A stretch of DNA of 64,000 bases from a virus: IMG/VR virus record IMGVR_UViG_3300045988_098930; one strand, 5' to 3'. Below, piece by piece: positions 26,996 through 36,037 of the stretch. The notes beneath the pieces are model-generated. The model saw nothing but the letters and a program-made list of their open reading frames with translations, was not told the DNA's origin and ran no database searches. Position numbers and translations under genes: made by a program. Position 1 is the stretch's first letter, and every line of letters starts with the position of its first letter.

Positions 26996-28501
26996 TTATA
27001 AGTCGTATTTCCAAAAGATGCGGATTTCGTCTGTAAATATGCGAACCTCTTTTATCAGCATTGCGGCGACTTCATGGCGCTGTGCAATATCCATATAGGG
27101 CCACATATCCAGCGTGTCATACAGTTGTCGGGTGTTTTCGGGTGACGGTCTTTCCAGTATATGTTTTTGCAACGCAACCTCTATTTCATGGCGTTGTGTT
27201 TCTAATGCAGCGATTTTATCGTTGAGATAACCTATGACCGTTGCAGAGCCTTGAGCGATTGCGTTCACCAAGTTGTCAATCTGTTCATTGATTTTATTGA
27301 TTTGTATTTTGTATTGTTGCTCCTTGATGTCGCACTCGGCAATCTGTTGTGCTTGTAGGTCGGAATGTCTTTGGATGTGTTGCATGATTTGGGTCTCAAC
27401 CGCTTCTTCCACTTGTGCAATAGATACACGCGCATTATCATCACAAGTTCCGTAATTGGCATGTCCAGAGCATCGAAACTTTGGTACACCCTTTTTCATT
27501 ACATCCGCTTTCATAGCTTTGCCGCAATAGCCGCATTTAATCAAACCAGTCAGCCATGAGTGTTTGCCTTGTCCTCCATTATATACCTGTGTGTTATTAC
27601 TTAAACGGTTCTGACACAACAAGAATGTTTGCGCATCAACTAACCCTTCATGTAATCCGATAGATAATGTGAGGCTTTTTAGCTGGTCGAACTTACGCCG
27701 TTTGTGATCCCACTGCCCATACGTTACACAACCATTCACGCCTGCAAAGGCTTCAATCGGGTTGGTGATGTTGATGCCTGTTAAGCGATAGTAGTTATAT
27801 ATGTCTGCATTAGCCTTTACATATACGGGGTTGGACATGATGCGGCTAAGTTTGCAGGAGTCCCATGCTGCACCGCCCGGAGATGGCACACGCCGCTGAT
27901 TGAGTTGCCTCGCCAATGCTCCTAATGATGTGCTTGTGTATGCGTATGCGTCAAAGATACCGCGCAATATCTGCGTCGTTTCTGGGTCGCATACCAGTGA
28001 ACTCACAGACTTGCCTTGTAGGGCGACCTTGGTTTTGATAAACCCATAAGGTGCTGTGGAGTCGTATGCTCCGTTTGCCGAGCGCATATAATAATTATCC
28101 CTGACACGTAACTGTATAGTCTCACGTTCAAGTTGGGCAAAGACCATTATAATGCTCAACATGGCGTTGCCTATTGGGGTAGAGGTGTCAAATTTCTCGC
28201 GTGTAGACTGGAACTCTACATTGTGTTGTTTGAATACCTCTATCATTTCTGCAAAGTCTAATAGCGACCTACTAAGCCTGTCCAGTTTATAGACCGTTAC
28301 CTTATTGATTACGCCGGAATGAATGTCTTTCATCATTTCCTGAAACTGTGGACGATTTGTATTCTTTCCGCTAAATCCTTTGTCAATGTACACTTTTGTG
28401 GGTACATCTATACCCAATTCTTGTTTACAGAGTTCAATTTGGGTTTCGATAGATAAACTGTCCTTTTTATCTAACGATTGTCTGGCGTATACCGCGTTCA
28501 T
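26996..28501 (-). CDS. large serine recombinase (integrase)
   Basis: N-terminal resolvase domain AVYARQSLDKKDSLSIETQ (Ser nucleophile). Recombinase and Zn-ribbon region CGYCGK...C...C. C-terminal coiled coil. 501 aa. Confidence 0.9.
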   Translation of the reverse strand: MNAVYARQSLDKKDSLSIETQIELCKQELGIDVPTKVYIDKGFSGKNTNRPQFQEMMKDIHSGVINKVTVYKLDRLSRSLLDFAEMIEVFKQHNVEFQSTREKFDTSTPIGNAMLSIIMVFAQLERETIQLRVRDNYYMRSANGAYDSTAPYGFIKTKVALQGKSVSSLVCDPETTQILRGIFDAYAYTSTSLGALARQLNQRRVPSPGGAAWDSCKLSRIMSNPVYVKANADIYNYYRLTGINITNPIEAFAGVNGCVTYGQWDHKRRKFDQLKSLTLSIGLHEGLVDAQTFLLCQNRLSNNTQVYNGGQGKHSWLTGLIKCGYCGKAMKADVMKKGVPKFRCSGHANYGTCDDNARVSIAQVEEAVETQIMQHIQRHSDLQAQQIAECDIKEQQYKIQINKINEQIDNLVNAIAQGSATVIGYLNDKIAALETQRHEIEVALQKHILERPSPENTRQLYDTLDMWPYMDIAQRHEVAAMLIKEVRIFTDEIRIFWKYDL

Positions 28502-28510
28502 GTGTCCCTC

Positions 28511-28660
28511 CTAATTTACACAGTACACGTCATCGCTTGATTTAATTATAACCTGTGCTTGGGATAATTGCAAATCAATTTCAGTTAAAAGCTGATTGGC
28601 AATAATGGCTAAAGTGCTAAGATCGTCGGTCAGATTGGGGTAGATGTTCTTTATATCCAT
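28511..28660 (-). CDS. small ORF (49 aa) directly upstream of integrase; candidate directionality factor or regulator
   Basis: ATG 28660 after GAGGTGAGG. Sequence MDIKNIYPNLTDDLSTLAIIANQLL... ends at TAG, 9 nt before the integrase ATG. Below the ORF-track cutoff. Confidence 0.35.
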   Translation of the reverse strand: MDIKNIYPNLTDDLSTLAIIANQLLTEIDLQLSQAQVIIKSSDDVYCVN

Positions 28661-28692
28661 TTGTTCCTCACCTCATAAAACAATATATGCGA

Positions 28693-28730
28693 ATAGGGAA
28701 GCTGTGTATGATAGCTTCCCTATTTTTTTT
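28693..28730 (+). terminator. terminator hairpin, copy C of the ATAGGGAAG...CTTCCCTAT-T8 family
   Basis: Stem ATAGGGAAGC / GCTTCCCTAT, then TTTTTTTT ACTC. It is + oriented although all flanking genes are on the - strand. Confidence 0.55.
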
Positions 28731-28733
28731 ACT

Positions 28734-29189
28734 CTACTTGCCGCTACTGCCGAACCCGCCTCGGTCAGCATTGCCGAGACTAATGACTGGTTCAAATTTG
28801 ATTTCGCCAAACTCGGTCCGCATTGTATAGTTTAATCGGAACTGGCAAATGCGTGTCCCCTTGGGAATGGTAATATCTCTGGTGGCGTAAGCGGGGAACT
28901 TCCAGATGTCGTTGTCGCCGCAATATGTGTTGTCGATCACGCCCATTGAGTTGGCCTGCAAAACACCATAATTCTTAAAGGTGCTGCTACGAGGTACAAT
29001 ATTAGCCTCTACCCCATCGGGTAACTGCATGGCAACACCCAGCGAGATGAGGGCGTACTCACCGGCTTGCAGAGTTACTGTTTCGGCTGTATAAAGGTCT
29101 ATCCAGTCTGATTTCTTATCCCCGATATACCCCAATTCGGCGGGATAATCCTTAGTATAACGAATATGTATATTAGTTGGTCGTTTCAT
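28734..29189 (-). CDS. dut: dUTP diphosphatase
   Basis: Trimeric dUTPase motifs: IVPRSS, GVIDNTYCG, and C-terminal RGGFGSSGK. Confidence 0.85.
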   Translation of the reverse strand: MKRPTNIHIRYTKDYPAELGYIGDKKSDWIDLYTAETVTLQAGEYALISLGVAMQLPDGVEANIVPRSSTFKNYGVLQANSMGVIDNTYCGDNDIWKFPAYATRDITIPKGTRICQFRLNYTMRTEFGEIKFEPVISLGNADRGGFGSSGK

Positions 29190-29659
29190 TTAGTCTCCTG
29201 AAATAAATATGTTATGTCTATAAGTTCTGGGCCAAGCGGTGCGTGTTCTACACGATAAAACCGTTGATTAGTTGTAAGACTGTTTAATGCGCCCAAAGAT
29301 TGCTGGTAGCTACCCATTTTCAAATAGTCAGTAAGAGGCAATATGTCTGCCATTTCAGACCAATTATCATTGCCTGCATATACACAAGTTTTTAGGTGAT
29401 AAGTCTTCGCAATTTGCAACGCTTTACACAGCTCGTCGATATTCTGTGTGCCACCCATAAAGCACACACAGGTGATATAGGGCGCATACTGTTCGACAAC
29501 ATCTACCAGTGATGCCAGCAATGGGACCCCTACGTCTTCCCACAGGTGTGGGGAGTGGCAACCCTCGCATTTAAAAGGGCAACCACTCACCTCAAAAGCC
29601 AAACTGACTTCATCGGGAACCTCTTGAAACACCACCGTATAAGAAGTGTATTTAAGCAT
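29186..29659 (-). CDS. nrdG: anaerobic ribonucleotide reductase activating protein (radical SAM)
   Basis: CPFKCEGCHSPHLW cluster motif, 157 aa, overlaps the nrdD stop. Confidence 0.85.
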   Translation of the reverse strand: MLKYTSYTVVFQEVPDEVSLAFEVSGCPFKCEGCHSPHLWEDVGVPLLASLVDVVEQYAPYITCVCFMGGTQNIDELCKALQIAKTYHLKTCVYAGNDNWSEMADILPLTDYLKMGSYQQSLGALNSLTTNQRFYRVEHAPLGPELIDITYLFQETK

Positions 29660-31902
29660 TGCCGTAATACCTCTTAGCAGCCTCCTTTTGCCGAGCTTCG
29701 CTAAACTTTGATACGCGCTTTAGATAGCCTATAATGCGCGTTGCATAATCAATGTCTTCAGACCCGCACTTAGGACATTTTGTTAAAGTGTGTTTATCAA
29801 TATAACCGCACTTATTGCAAATAGTGTTACGAACATTAAAGGTGAAGTAAGAGCAACCTGTTTTGATGGCGTCTTGCATAATAATTTGATACTGCTTCTT
29901 GGTCAAATGCTCTTGCAGATTCACATGATTAGCGCTGCCGCCATCAAGATACTGTGTGAGCTTGTTGCCGTGCAGGATAAATTTATCTATGAGATTGACA
30001 CCATCATCTTCGGGACGGAAAAAGTAGCTGTTATAACACTCGCGAGGAGAGAACAACCCGTCTGCCTTGTCCCATTTAGCATTTTTAACCCCGAGGTTTT
30101 CAGCAGGCACAAATTCGGTGTTAAACATCAGTTCATCTGTACGAGCTGCTTTATTCGCTTCAAAAATAGGTCTGAGTATCTTTTCGCCATACTCAAAATA
30201 TTGTTCATTGGGCGTAATGTCTATGCCAAGAAACTCTGCGCCCTCAACGAATCCATTGATGCCTATGGTTAAGAATTGTTTTTCTAAAGAGATATAACCT
30301 GCATCGTACACAGGCAGCAATTTGGACTTAAAATTGTCCTTCATAATCTCATTGAACGCTATCAGGTAGTGGTGGCACTCATCTACAATCTGCCGTACTG
30401 CATCAGATATATCAATGCCGTCACGCACAGCCCACTGCACCAAGCGATTGATGTTGATGGTCATAACCCCCTTGGAGCCGGTTGCAATGCCCCCAGCACC
30501 TAACGTATAAGAAAATGTGTTGTCTTGCAGCTCGTTCCGTAAACGGCAATTATGGGTGATCATGCCATTGGGCAGCGTAAAATATGGCTCGTCTTGGTTC
30601 CTACATTCAAAGCAATACACAGAGTCATAATTGTTTGCTACACTGGTGATGTTTTGCACCTTAAAATAGATGCCGTTGTTGATTACTTTATATACGTCTG
30701 CCAATGTGCGCCGGTTTTGTGGCGTATACCAACGAACACACCACAACGGGTAGTTATGATTATATTCTTGTTCTCGGATAATGCATTTTTCATCTGTGCG
30801 ATCTGACACATCAATCACAGTGCTGAGACCCAATGATGTACACAGAGCTTCCAAGTCTTGAACGAGGCGTTCAGACGTAGTATAAATACGGTTGCTATTG
30901 CCCCCGTCTGTTGCATATAGTCCGTCTAATATGCCTTTGCGGAAATCGTAAGATTGCGCGAAAATAGATGGGTTAAGCCCTTTTTCTGCGGCGTACTTAC
31001 CCACTACATACTCCCGAATAAATGTGACCACTTCTTCTCCGCTAATACGTACAGGATATACATTATTGTAAGGTGTGCCTAATGTAAAGTCTCTGTCAAT
31101 ATCGCAATCAGATAAAGCCTTACGCATAGCGCCTATACAATTAGTATATTTGGCTTCATTTAAAGAGAAGTCAGTTGAATAATAAATGGCATGATTTTTC
31201 GTCTCGTTTTGGCGAATACTCCCATCTCCCAAATACATACCAATCAGAAACCCTTGTTCGTAAGTAAGATGCAAGTCGCGTTCTTTGACTGCCATTAAAG
31301 GTCGAGTATTACAAAGAATGTAATCATCAGTAGTTAATTCGCTGACTGGCACATCTCCGCGCAAAGTGGGGAAGATATGATTGTCAGTTGCTTCAACAAC
31401 TTTTTTGTTGGCTGTCTCTATGCGATACATAGGACGCACAGCCGGTAATGCAATAGTTTTTGCAGACACCCAACTGCCGTTATGGAACACTGTCAGATTT
31501 CTCTTATCAGCCCACTTGGTATCATGCAATTCTTTAATGGGTATTAAACGTTCGCCGTCACTGGAACGAACAAGCACTTGAGTATCGGGAGCAAAACAAC
31601 ACGACGCGAGTGAGTCAACACTGCCACTACGATAAGTAAAGAAGCTATGCCCTTCGGCATACATTTCAGCGGCAAAATCTGCCCATTCTTGATCTACATA
31701 ATTCACTCCGTCATCCAGCAGATTCATTGTCTCCACGGGAAAGGTCAAAACTTGTTTAGTACGTTCTTTATTAAACCACTTCATAAAATATTTCTGAAGC
31801 CAACTTACGCTCTCCCAACATGGAGTTGTACCATCAGGGAACACAAAATCTGTAAATATACCGTGAAAGTAAGGTTCGTCAAAGTAGGCAATATTCCAAA
31901 AT
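29652..31902 (-). CDS. nrdD: anaerobic ribonucleoside-triphosphate reductase, exon 2 (contains intein)
   Basis: Frame open from 31901 (FWNIAYFDEPYF...), closed upstream by TGA. C-terminal Zn site CNKCGY..CPKCG and glycyl-radical motif TRIIGYLKRV. Confidence 0.8.
30549..31598 (-). mobile_element. intein (350 aa) with LAGLIDADG homing endonuclease, inside nrdD
   Basis: Starts CFAPDTQVLV (Cys1) and ends GMITHN, followed by Cys+1. TDNH block B. Two LAGLIDADG motifs (LIGMYLGDGS, ILDGLYATDGG). Excision recreates SLASC-CRLRNE. Confidence 0.85.
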
Positions 31903-32854
31903 CATTTATATTCTATAAGGTTCGCTACACCTTATACGTTCTCTTATGAACTGCTATACATCACTGTATAGATTAGACCATATCACTATCCCTTAGAAGG
32001 ATACTCCCCATTTCCATCACCAATCGCTTGTGATGTACTCGCTTGCGCGATGGTCGTTGAACCTTCCTCCATAGAGGCTTGGCTGCTGATTGTCTGTAAC
32101 GAACGATGTTTAGCCTTATGACAATCCGCGCATAAAGTCACTAAATTATTAGCGTCAAGAAATCTCGCATCGTGGGTAATAATGGTATATAATTGGTTGA
32201 CATCTTTTTGCTTGTCTAAATCAGTATGCTCACTTAATATATCTCTTATAATACAAGCCAGCGAGTATATATGATGTACGTGCAAATTGCTGTGCGCTCC
32301 ACATTGCTGACAGGTAAAATTATCTCTTTGCCTAATGAGAGGAGATATATTATTTTGGTAGTATTCTCTAACCCTAAGATTTAAAGGCGTAATTCCACCC
32401 TTCCAATTATGGTGCTGACTACCACATTGCACACCGATTTTAGCTTCAGACGCGCCCCGAACAGGAATATTCATTCTACGTAATGCTCTATCTATAACGT
32501 GCGGAGCACAATTAAGCATCAGTCCAATTTGCTCTTTGGTTTTATGCTCAACAATATACCATTGATACAACATCGAATAATCGGTAAGTTCGGGAGGGCG
32601 ATCTTTTTTGTGATATGCAAAATGAGATGCGGCTAAATCACGTCGCGTTATACCCATTTTTTGCAAATGATTAAGTACAGAACGGTGGCTTGTGCCTAAG
32701 ATACGCCCTATTTCGGTGCTTGATTTCTTGTGTTCCAAATAAAGTTCTTGTATGCGTATATCGTCTTCTTCTGTTAAACGTCTGCCCATTTTCAGAGTTC
32801 CCAGCAATTAAAGGAGTTTGCATTATTCATTACTGAATAAGGGCGCATTGTAAT
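31903..32854 (-). mobile_element. putative group I intron (about 952 nt) carrying an HNH endonuclease ORF, splitting nrdD
   Basis: The exon-1 frame stops 8 codons after NFQSV. Joining U32855 to A31902 gives the continuous sequence SV-FWNIAYF. The 5' exon GCGU can pair with intron GCGC (32846-32843) with a U.G pair at the splice site. The intron ends in G (31903). GNRA-capped hairpin at 31954-31971. Boundaries are inferred, not folded. Confidence 0.5.
31986..32789 (-). CDS. HNH homing endonuclease with N-terminal HTH repeats
   Basis: CQQCGAHSNLHVHHIYSL...LVTLCADCHKAKH (HNH). N-terminal helix-turn-helix-like repeats. ATG 32789; track ORF starts at TTG 32807. Confidence 0.8.
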   Translation of the reverse strand: MGRRLTEEDDIRIQELYLEHKKSSTEIGRILGTSHRSVLNHLQKMGITRRDLAASHFAYHKKDRPPELTDYSMLYQWYIVEHKTKEQIGLMLNCAPHVIDRALRRMNIPVRGASEAKIGVQCGSQHHNWKGGITPLNLRVREYYQNNISPLIRQRDNFTCQQCGAHSNLHVHHIYSLACIIRDILSEHTDLDKQKDVNQLYTIITHDARFLDANNLVTLCADCHKAKHRSLQTISSQASMEEGSTTIAQASTSQAIGDGNGEYPSKG

Positions 32855-33492
32855 ACGCTTTGAAAATTCCTTGCCGCTGCGGGTTGATTAAGTGAATAGA
32901 CCACCTGCTGAAACGCTGCGTCTATTCTGTCGCAGATTGTCTTTGGTTTGATGCTATGAATCACAATATCATTAGAGTGTTTATAGTAATCTTCACCAAA
33001 CTCTCGTCGCAGAAAATAATCCAGATAGGTCAAAAACTCAGGAGTGGAGACTGCTCCAGCAAATTGCGCGGCCACAGCAAACACAAGGTTTACAAAAGAG
33101 CCGCAGAAAGAATCCAAATTTTTAGGCGCTTCGCTTTGCCCGCCCAATGGCACAAGACCATTAAAGAGAAAGGGGTAAAGTGTAATACTGACACAATAGA
33201 CACTCAAGTTTGTCTCGTCGTGTTTGTACAACAGATGTGACTCCAATCTGTCGATATATCGCTCTGCCCATTCTTCACCGTACAATTCAGATAGCTTATT
33301 CATCATTAGCAATCGGTTGGTTCCAATGGCCTCTCTTTTGTATATTTCGCCAGAGAGAGTAGTGATATTTTTACTCTCTACATTGGCATTAGAATCCACC
33401 TCACTGCCGGTTGAAGCATTACTGGCTGTTTTGTACTTATTTATAAAGTCTATATATTTTTGATAGCGATTCTTGTATTCATCTACTGTCAT
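32855..33492 (-). CDS. nrdD: anaerobic ribonucleoside-triphosphate reductase, exon 1
   Basis: N-terminal part MTVDEYKNRYQKYIDF... ending ...AAARNFQSV. The track ORF 32830..33492 reads 8 extra codons into the intron. Confidence 0.7.
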
Positions 33493-33695
33493 ATTCCTTC
33501 CTTTCTACTCATCACCCACTTAAAGGCTTCAGCATAAGTCATCGTTACTTGCAGAATCGGTGCAGACATAAACCCCATTCGTTTAATGGCATTCGCGTCA
33601 ATCACCTTCTCGTAATTGACATTTTCTGCGGACAATTTATTAGCCAGAACATCGCATTGCGGGCATCCCTCCGTCCCATACATCACAACCTTCAT
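33489..33695 (-). CDS. glutaredoxin-like (NrdH-type) redoxin
   Basis: 68 aa. CPQC active site at residues 11-14. Adjacent to nrdD. Confidence 0.7.
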   Translation of the reverse strand: MKVVMYGTEGCPQCDVLANKLSAENVNYEKVIDANAIKRMGFMSAPILQVTMTYAEAFKWVMSRKEGI

Positions 33696-34261
33696 TATTC
33701 AATCTCCTTCCATACTTCGTTGATATATGTGCGTGCCTCCGCTAATGTATTCACCCGCTTGATTAAATGCACGTCATCGTATTCGGCTCCGCGATTATTC
33801 CACGGCTGGTTCATACAAATGCGGTAAGCGTCATGCCTGACCAAGTTCGCAATACTGTCCTCAATGATGAAATCTCCCTTTACCCATTCTTTGCGGGTGC
33901 AACATACGATATTGGCCGAATCAATAAACGGGAAGTGATGCTGTAACCAACCAACCCGCAGCTCAAACAGGTCTGGCGCAATGGCTGTGACAATGCGAAT
34001 TTCATCACCGTCATACACCATATCTTGCAGAGTTTGGACAACCCCTTCTGCCGTGTGCAAGCTGCGCCAAAAATATTTGTTCTCCCATATCTGACGTATT
34101 ACAGCGGCATCATCAGGTGATAAACTGTCTTCTATGTGATAAGTGGTTAGGCTATTATAGTCTAATGTTTTACCTGTGGATATGGTATAAGCGTCCAGTG
34201 TGTCTTTAATCAGTGTGTTCAGCACACCGTCCACATCTACTATTACTTGCGGTCTGCTCAC
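33695..34261 (-). CDS. HAD-family 5'(3')-deoxyribonucleotidase-like protein
   Basis: N-terminal VIVDVDGVLN (DxDG nucleophile motif). 188 aa. Confidence 0.6.
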   Translation of the reverse strand: MSRPQVIVDVDGVLNTLIKDTLDAYTISTGKTLDYNSLTTYHIEDSLSPDDAAVIRQIWENKYFWRSLHTAEGVVQTLQDMVYDGDEIRIVTAIAPDLFELRVGWLQHHFPFIDSANIVCCTRKEWVKGDFIIEDSIANLVRHDAYRICMNQPWNNRGAEYDDVHLIKRVNTLAEARTYINEVWKEIE

Positions 34262-34788
34262 TCTCTCACCTTCCCTGTTTTTATATATTCGTTAAGTTGC
34301 TGATATGTAGTCTCAAATACGTCATTGTAAAAGACCACATCTGCTAATTCATCCGCATCGGCAAACATCACATCGTCGTTTGCTATACGCGCTTGAATCA
34401 TTTCTTCGGTGTCTCCACGAGCTGCCATGCGCCTCTCAGCGAGGAATTTTATACACTTGAGAAGCACCACCCTTACTTTCTTTTTGCCCTTGTATCGTGC
34501 TTTGAATGTCCGTATTCCGGCAGGGTCTATAACATAAATGTCACATTGCTCCACCTGCTCGGCAGTAGCAAAATAAAAGTTGCCGTCAAACATAGTTTCT
34601 GCAACACGATTAGGATATTGGGTTTTTAAATCGTCGATGTCTTGATATGAATCCGACGCTATAAAGATGTGGCCTTGTTCGTTAGGTACTCTTGGCGGTC
34701 GTGTCGTATAGCTGGACAACTGTTTATAGCCTTCACGGTCGCATAAGGCTTGTGCCAGCGTAGTTTTGCCTACACCGCTACGCCCCAT
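34258..34788 (-). CDS. guanylate kinase-like nucleotide (dNMP) kinase
   Basis: P-loop GRSGVGKTT and SSYTTRPPRVPNEQGHIF (TTRxxRxxExxG motif). The frame stays open upstream to 34818 (..RINAQKIYLIM..) with no canonical start, so the true N-terminus is uncertain. Confidence 0.65.
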   Translation of the reverse strand: MGRSGVGKTTLAQALCDREGYKQLSSYTTRPPRVPNEQGHIFIASDSYQDIDDLKTQYPNRVAETMFDGNFYFATAEQVEQCDIYVIDPAGIRTFKARYKGKKKVRVVLLKCIKFLAERRMAARGDTEEMIQARIANDDVMFADADELADVVFYNDVFETTYQQLNEYIKTGKVRE

Positions 34789-34904
34789 AATGAGATAAAT
34801 CTTCTGTGCGTTAATCCTCCCCCTTCATGCTCCACTGTATAGCGCGAAAGCATAAATATGTCGCACTAAGTATACAAATCCAGCCGGATATAAACGACAA
34901 CCAC

Positions 34905-35144
34905 TCAACAATCTGCATCATTGCCCTCCGTAGTTAAAGCGTTATAGTCCTCTGCGCTGATTTCGATTACATTAGTGACGCGAATTATCGCCTCTTTACT
35001 AAGCTCATCAAATGTCTCCCGGAACAGCGATATAACGTGTTGCAAGGGGAATAGGGGTGAATACGAGCAGATATACGAAGCATCTGTGCTTTCGTAACCG
35101 CTTTTAGAATCATAGACATAAAACTCAAAATACCAGTACCTCAT
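34905..35144 (-). CDS. hypothetical protein
   Basis: 79-aa ORF in the co-oriented array. Confidence 0.4.
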   Translation of the reverse strand: MRYWYFEFYVYDSKSGYESTDASYICSYSPLFPLQHVISLFRETFDELSKEAIIRVTNVIEISAEDYNALTTEGNDADC

Positions 35145-35159
35145 TTCCTTTCCTTTCTT

Positions 35160-35417
35160 TTAATCCCAACCTTGACAGCCACAATAATATGTGTCATAAG
35201 GCTTATCTGGCTGATACTCGAAGAACGGGAGATTCCATGCGCTTGCAGTGCGGTGGTCGTTGCTATAAACGCAGTGCGCTTCCCGTCCTTCCAACCCAGC
35301 AGTGTCGTCATGCAATTTACTTTTTATCTCCCAGCACATACAAATCGGACACACAGGGTCTCCTATTTCATCTATGGCAGAAGATATATGTCCACAGGCC
35401 ATTAAGTAATGGGTCAT
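35160..35417 (-). CDS. hypothetical Cys/His-rich small protein
   Basis: ATG 35417 overlaps the upstream stop (TAATG). ACGH...CPIC...C...CGC pattern. Confidence 0.45.
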   Translation of the reverse strand: MTHYLMACGHISSAIDEIGDPVCPICMCWEIKSKLHDDTAGLEGREAHCVYSNDHRTASAWNLPFFEYQPDKPYDTYYCGCQGWD

Positions 35418-36037
35418 TAACTCTCCTTTCGATGTAGTCCAAACCATGCGTTATATACCGCATATCGCTTCAATATTGATGTGCTGGTGACATCGGGGTT
35501 ATATGCCCGCAGGGTCATAAACAATGACCTCTCTCCAAATGGGCACTTGCTCATTTCGGGGCATCCACAACGGTAAATGCAATTCGGCACAAGCACATCT
35601 GCCAGTTCTGGCTCTATCTGATGCAGCGTAGCCTTGAAGTCCTCTGCATATTCACGGGTCTCAGGGCTGGCTTGGTAGCACAGTCTTTTACGCATAGTGT
35701 CGATCAGAGCTTGAGCATTGGCTTCGCCAGTAAAGTCCACCAGTGCGTCTTGCGGCAGTTTAGTGCGGTCAATGCCGGTGCGGTCTGTGCGCTGAGTTTT
35801 GACAAACTTCTCCCACTTATGCCGAACCCAATGGACTGAAACCCATGAGGGCATTGCCAGCCACTTCCACTTCACAATGAGGTCGCGTATAGGGCTATGC
35901 TCTGCAATAAGAATGTTGCGCTTAAATTGTTCCGAGGGTTCTTTGCCCAATGGCGACTTGCCCACAGTCGAACGGCAATCGTCAACAACCTCTGCCCAAT
36001 CGCCTTTGATCTTTATGATTTCTGTCTTATCTTTCAT
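35417..36037 (-). CDS. ThyX-like (Thy1 family) protein with divergent signature motif
   Basis: AEHSPIRDLIVKWKW..MPSWVSVHWVRHKWEKFVKTQRTDR parallels the ThyX pattern GHxSPxEH...RHRxxSxxxxSxRY, but both Ser and the Tyr are replaced. Confidence 0.5.
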   Translation of the reverse strand: MKDKTEIIKIKGDWAEVVDDCRSTVGKSPLGKEPSEQFKRNILIAEHSPIRDLIVKWKWLAMPSWVSVHWVRHKWEKFVKTQRTDRTGIDRTKLPQDALVDFTGEANAQALIDTMRKRLCYQASPETREYAEDFKATLHQIEPELADVLVPNCIYRCGCPEMSKCPFGERSLFMTLRAYNPDVTSTSILKRYAVYNAWFGLHRKES

